DNA of 64,000 bases, from positions 868,001 through 932,000 of the forward strand of contig BQFW01000015.1 of assembly GCA_020891255.1 (NCBI GenBank), written 5' to 3'. The notes beneath the pieces were generated by a model. The model ran no database searches. It saw only the letters and a program-made list of their open reading frames with translations, and had not been told where the DNA came from. Positions 62,029-64,000 of the stretch are shown here, piece by piece; positions within the stretch are counted from its first letter, which is position 1, and each line of letters opens with the position of its first letter. This stretch comes from Entomortierella parvispora E1425. Lineage: Eukaryota; Fungi; Mortierellomycota. The translations under genes and the position numbers were made by a program.

Positions 62029-64000
62029 ATGAGATTCCTCTCCATCTCAGCCGCCGTGGCATTGGCCTCGGCAGCCATGGTCGCTGCTGACCTTTCCAAG
62101 ATTGTTCGAATTGACCCTGCCAACCAACAATTCATTGATGCACAAGGTCGATCCCGATTCTTCCATGGAACCAACATGGTCAAGAAATCTCCCCCATATC
62201 ACGCAGACGTAAACACATTCGTCCCTGGCTATTCTGTTGTTGACAGAGATATCCAGGTCTTGAAGGATCTGAACATTAACAGCGTTCGTCTTGGTAAGAA
62301 CTAACTTGGCAGAACCTCCCTCTGAGTATACGTCCAAGGATTGACCTAGAGGTGCTTCGTCCACTGTACCGCACTAGGTGTCCATTGGGCTGGTGTTGAA
62401 CCCGTTCGCGGTCAGTACAACCAAACTTACCTTGACATCACCTATGGCATCATCAAGAAACTCCAAGACAACGGTATCTACGCCTTGCTCGATCAGCATC
62501 AAGACGTTTGGGCTCCCCAGCTCTGCGGTCACGGCGCACCTCCGGTAAGATGGCCGCATCTCGCGTTTTGTTCTTGAGGACGCGTCTACCCAGTTCTAAC
62601 CTCTTACATGTCCTTAATAGTGGTTTGTCAAGCCTGGCTGGGTTGCTCCAGGGCATATGATGCCCGTTCCCCAGAAATCCACTCCTTTCGCGGTGGATGC
62701 CAACGGCATCCCATCGGCTGCGGACTGCAACTCCATCGACTGGGCTACTTCCTACCTCAACTATGCGGTTGGCAATGCTTTCGGGCGTCTCTATAACAAC
62801 TACGATAACCTAGGAGATGCCTGGGCTTTGTTCTGGAAGACAGTGTCGACCAACTTTCACCAACTGCCAGGTGTTTTGGGATATAACCTCATGAATGGTA
62901 ACGGTCCAACGCGTTTTTTTTTTCTGCCATTCTTTGTTCTCACGATTTTTTTTAAAAAATTTCCAATGGGTCACCCCCTAACGCTATTCTCTTTTGTCTT
63001 TTTGTATGCAACAGAGCCCTGGGTGGGTGACCACATGGCGGATCCCACACTCCTAATTCCTGGAAAGGCTGATGGTGTCAACATGGAGCCTCTTTGGAAC
63101 AAGGGTACGGCCCAGATCCGCACCATCGACAACACCACTATCGTCTTTTTTGAAGGATCAACCTACGATATCTTGAACGGATTCAACAATGTTCCGGGTG
63201 GAGATGGCACCCGTGCGGCTCAATCGTATCATTACTACAAACCCCCTCAACTGGGATCGATCGAGACCACAATGAAGAACAGGATCAAGGATGCGACCCG
63301 TCTGAGGTCAGCCAATATGATGACCGAGTTCCAGTTCTGGGGATCGGACAAAGATACTTTGGCTTTGATCTTGGAGGCTACTCAAATGGCGGACACCTAC
63401 TTGCAGTCCTGGCAGGGATGGGCCTACGAGGAGCTGTGGAGTGGTGACAATTACAGTGCTCCGCTAGCAAGACTGTATGCTCGAACGTATGCCGAGGCCA
63501 CGGCCGGAGTGACAAAGACGTTGTACTTCCAAGATACTACCGCCAAGTACTGGGTCTCTTGGGTCGCTAACACCGCTATCACTGCACCTGGTCTTGTCAG
63601 GATTGCTCCCAAGACCTACTACCCCGATGGCATCCGCGTCTTCTTTGTGCCCGCTGGTACTGGTACCTACACTATGGAAAACGAGAACGTTGTCCAGCTC
63701 CACTACACCTCTGCTGCCCAGAAAGGTCAAACCATCCAGGCTAGTGTTCAGCCTTACTTCCCTACAGATATCATCAAGGTCTCCGCTTCCACTGGTTTCT
63801 GCATGGATAACGGCAACGGCTATGTCACTCCTGTAAGTTATTGTTCTTTGTAACCCATCAGTTTCTCGTAGTCCTTTTGGAAGCTCTCTAACAACATGCG
63901 TTTTTTAATGGTCTTTTTGATAGAATAACCCCATCATCATCTGGGGATGCTCTTCATCCGCGAACCAGGTCTGGAAGTTCAAGAACGGCACCATTTCCTT
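62029..64000 (+). CDS. Secreted GH5 endoglycoceramidase-like enzyme with a C-terminal ricin-B (CBM13-like) repeat; runs off the window end
   Basis: Signal peptide, FIDAQGRSRFFHGTN, VRLGVHWAGVEP, LLDQHQDVW, acid/base GYNLMNEPW (across a splice junction), nucleophile MMTEF, then FCMDNG...IIIWGC...NQVWKF. Confidence 0.88.

Overview
This is eukaryotic (fungal) genomic DNA with short GT-AG introns and poly-T tracts. The gene families and style suggest an early-diverging fungus, probably Mortierellaceae (inference). Recognisable genes are a SET-domain protein, a GGQ release-factor homolog, TDP1, an RSC1/2-like bromo/BAH protein, importin-9, a TKL-type kinase, kinesin-3, ELP2, a GH47 mannosidase, a Kv-beta-type aldo-keto reductase, an alpha/beta hydrolase and a secreted GH5 endoglycoceramidase with a ricin-B repeat. 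Several orphan and decayed genes are also present. The stand-out is a ~5.25 kb segment (12883-18128) bounded by 33-bp imperfect inverted repeats. It encodes one 5-exon, 1401-aa ORF that fuses an N-terminal XPG/FEN1-type (PIN-like) nuclease domain to a C-terminal Fanzor/TnpB-type RuvC + zinc-finger module with an intact D-E-D triad. A structured ~85-nt region runs from the stop codon to the right end, where a Fanzor omegaRNA is expected. No transposase or TSD was found. All calls come from manual reading and motif recall; no database searches or folding programs were run.
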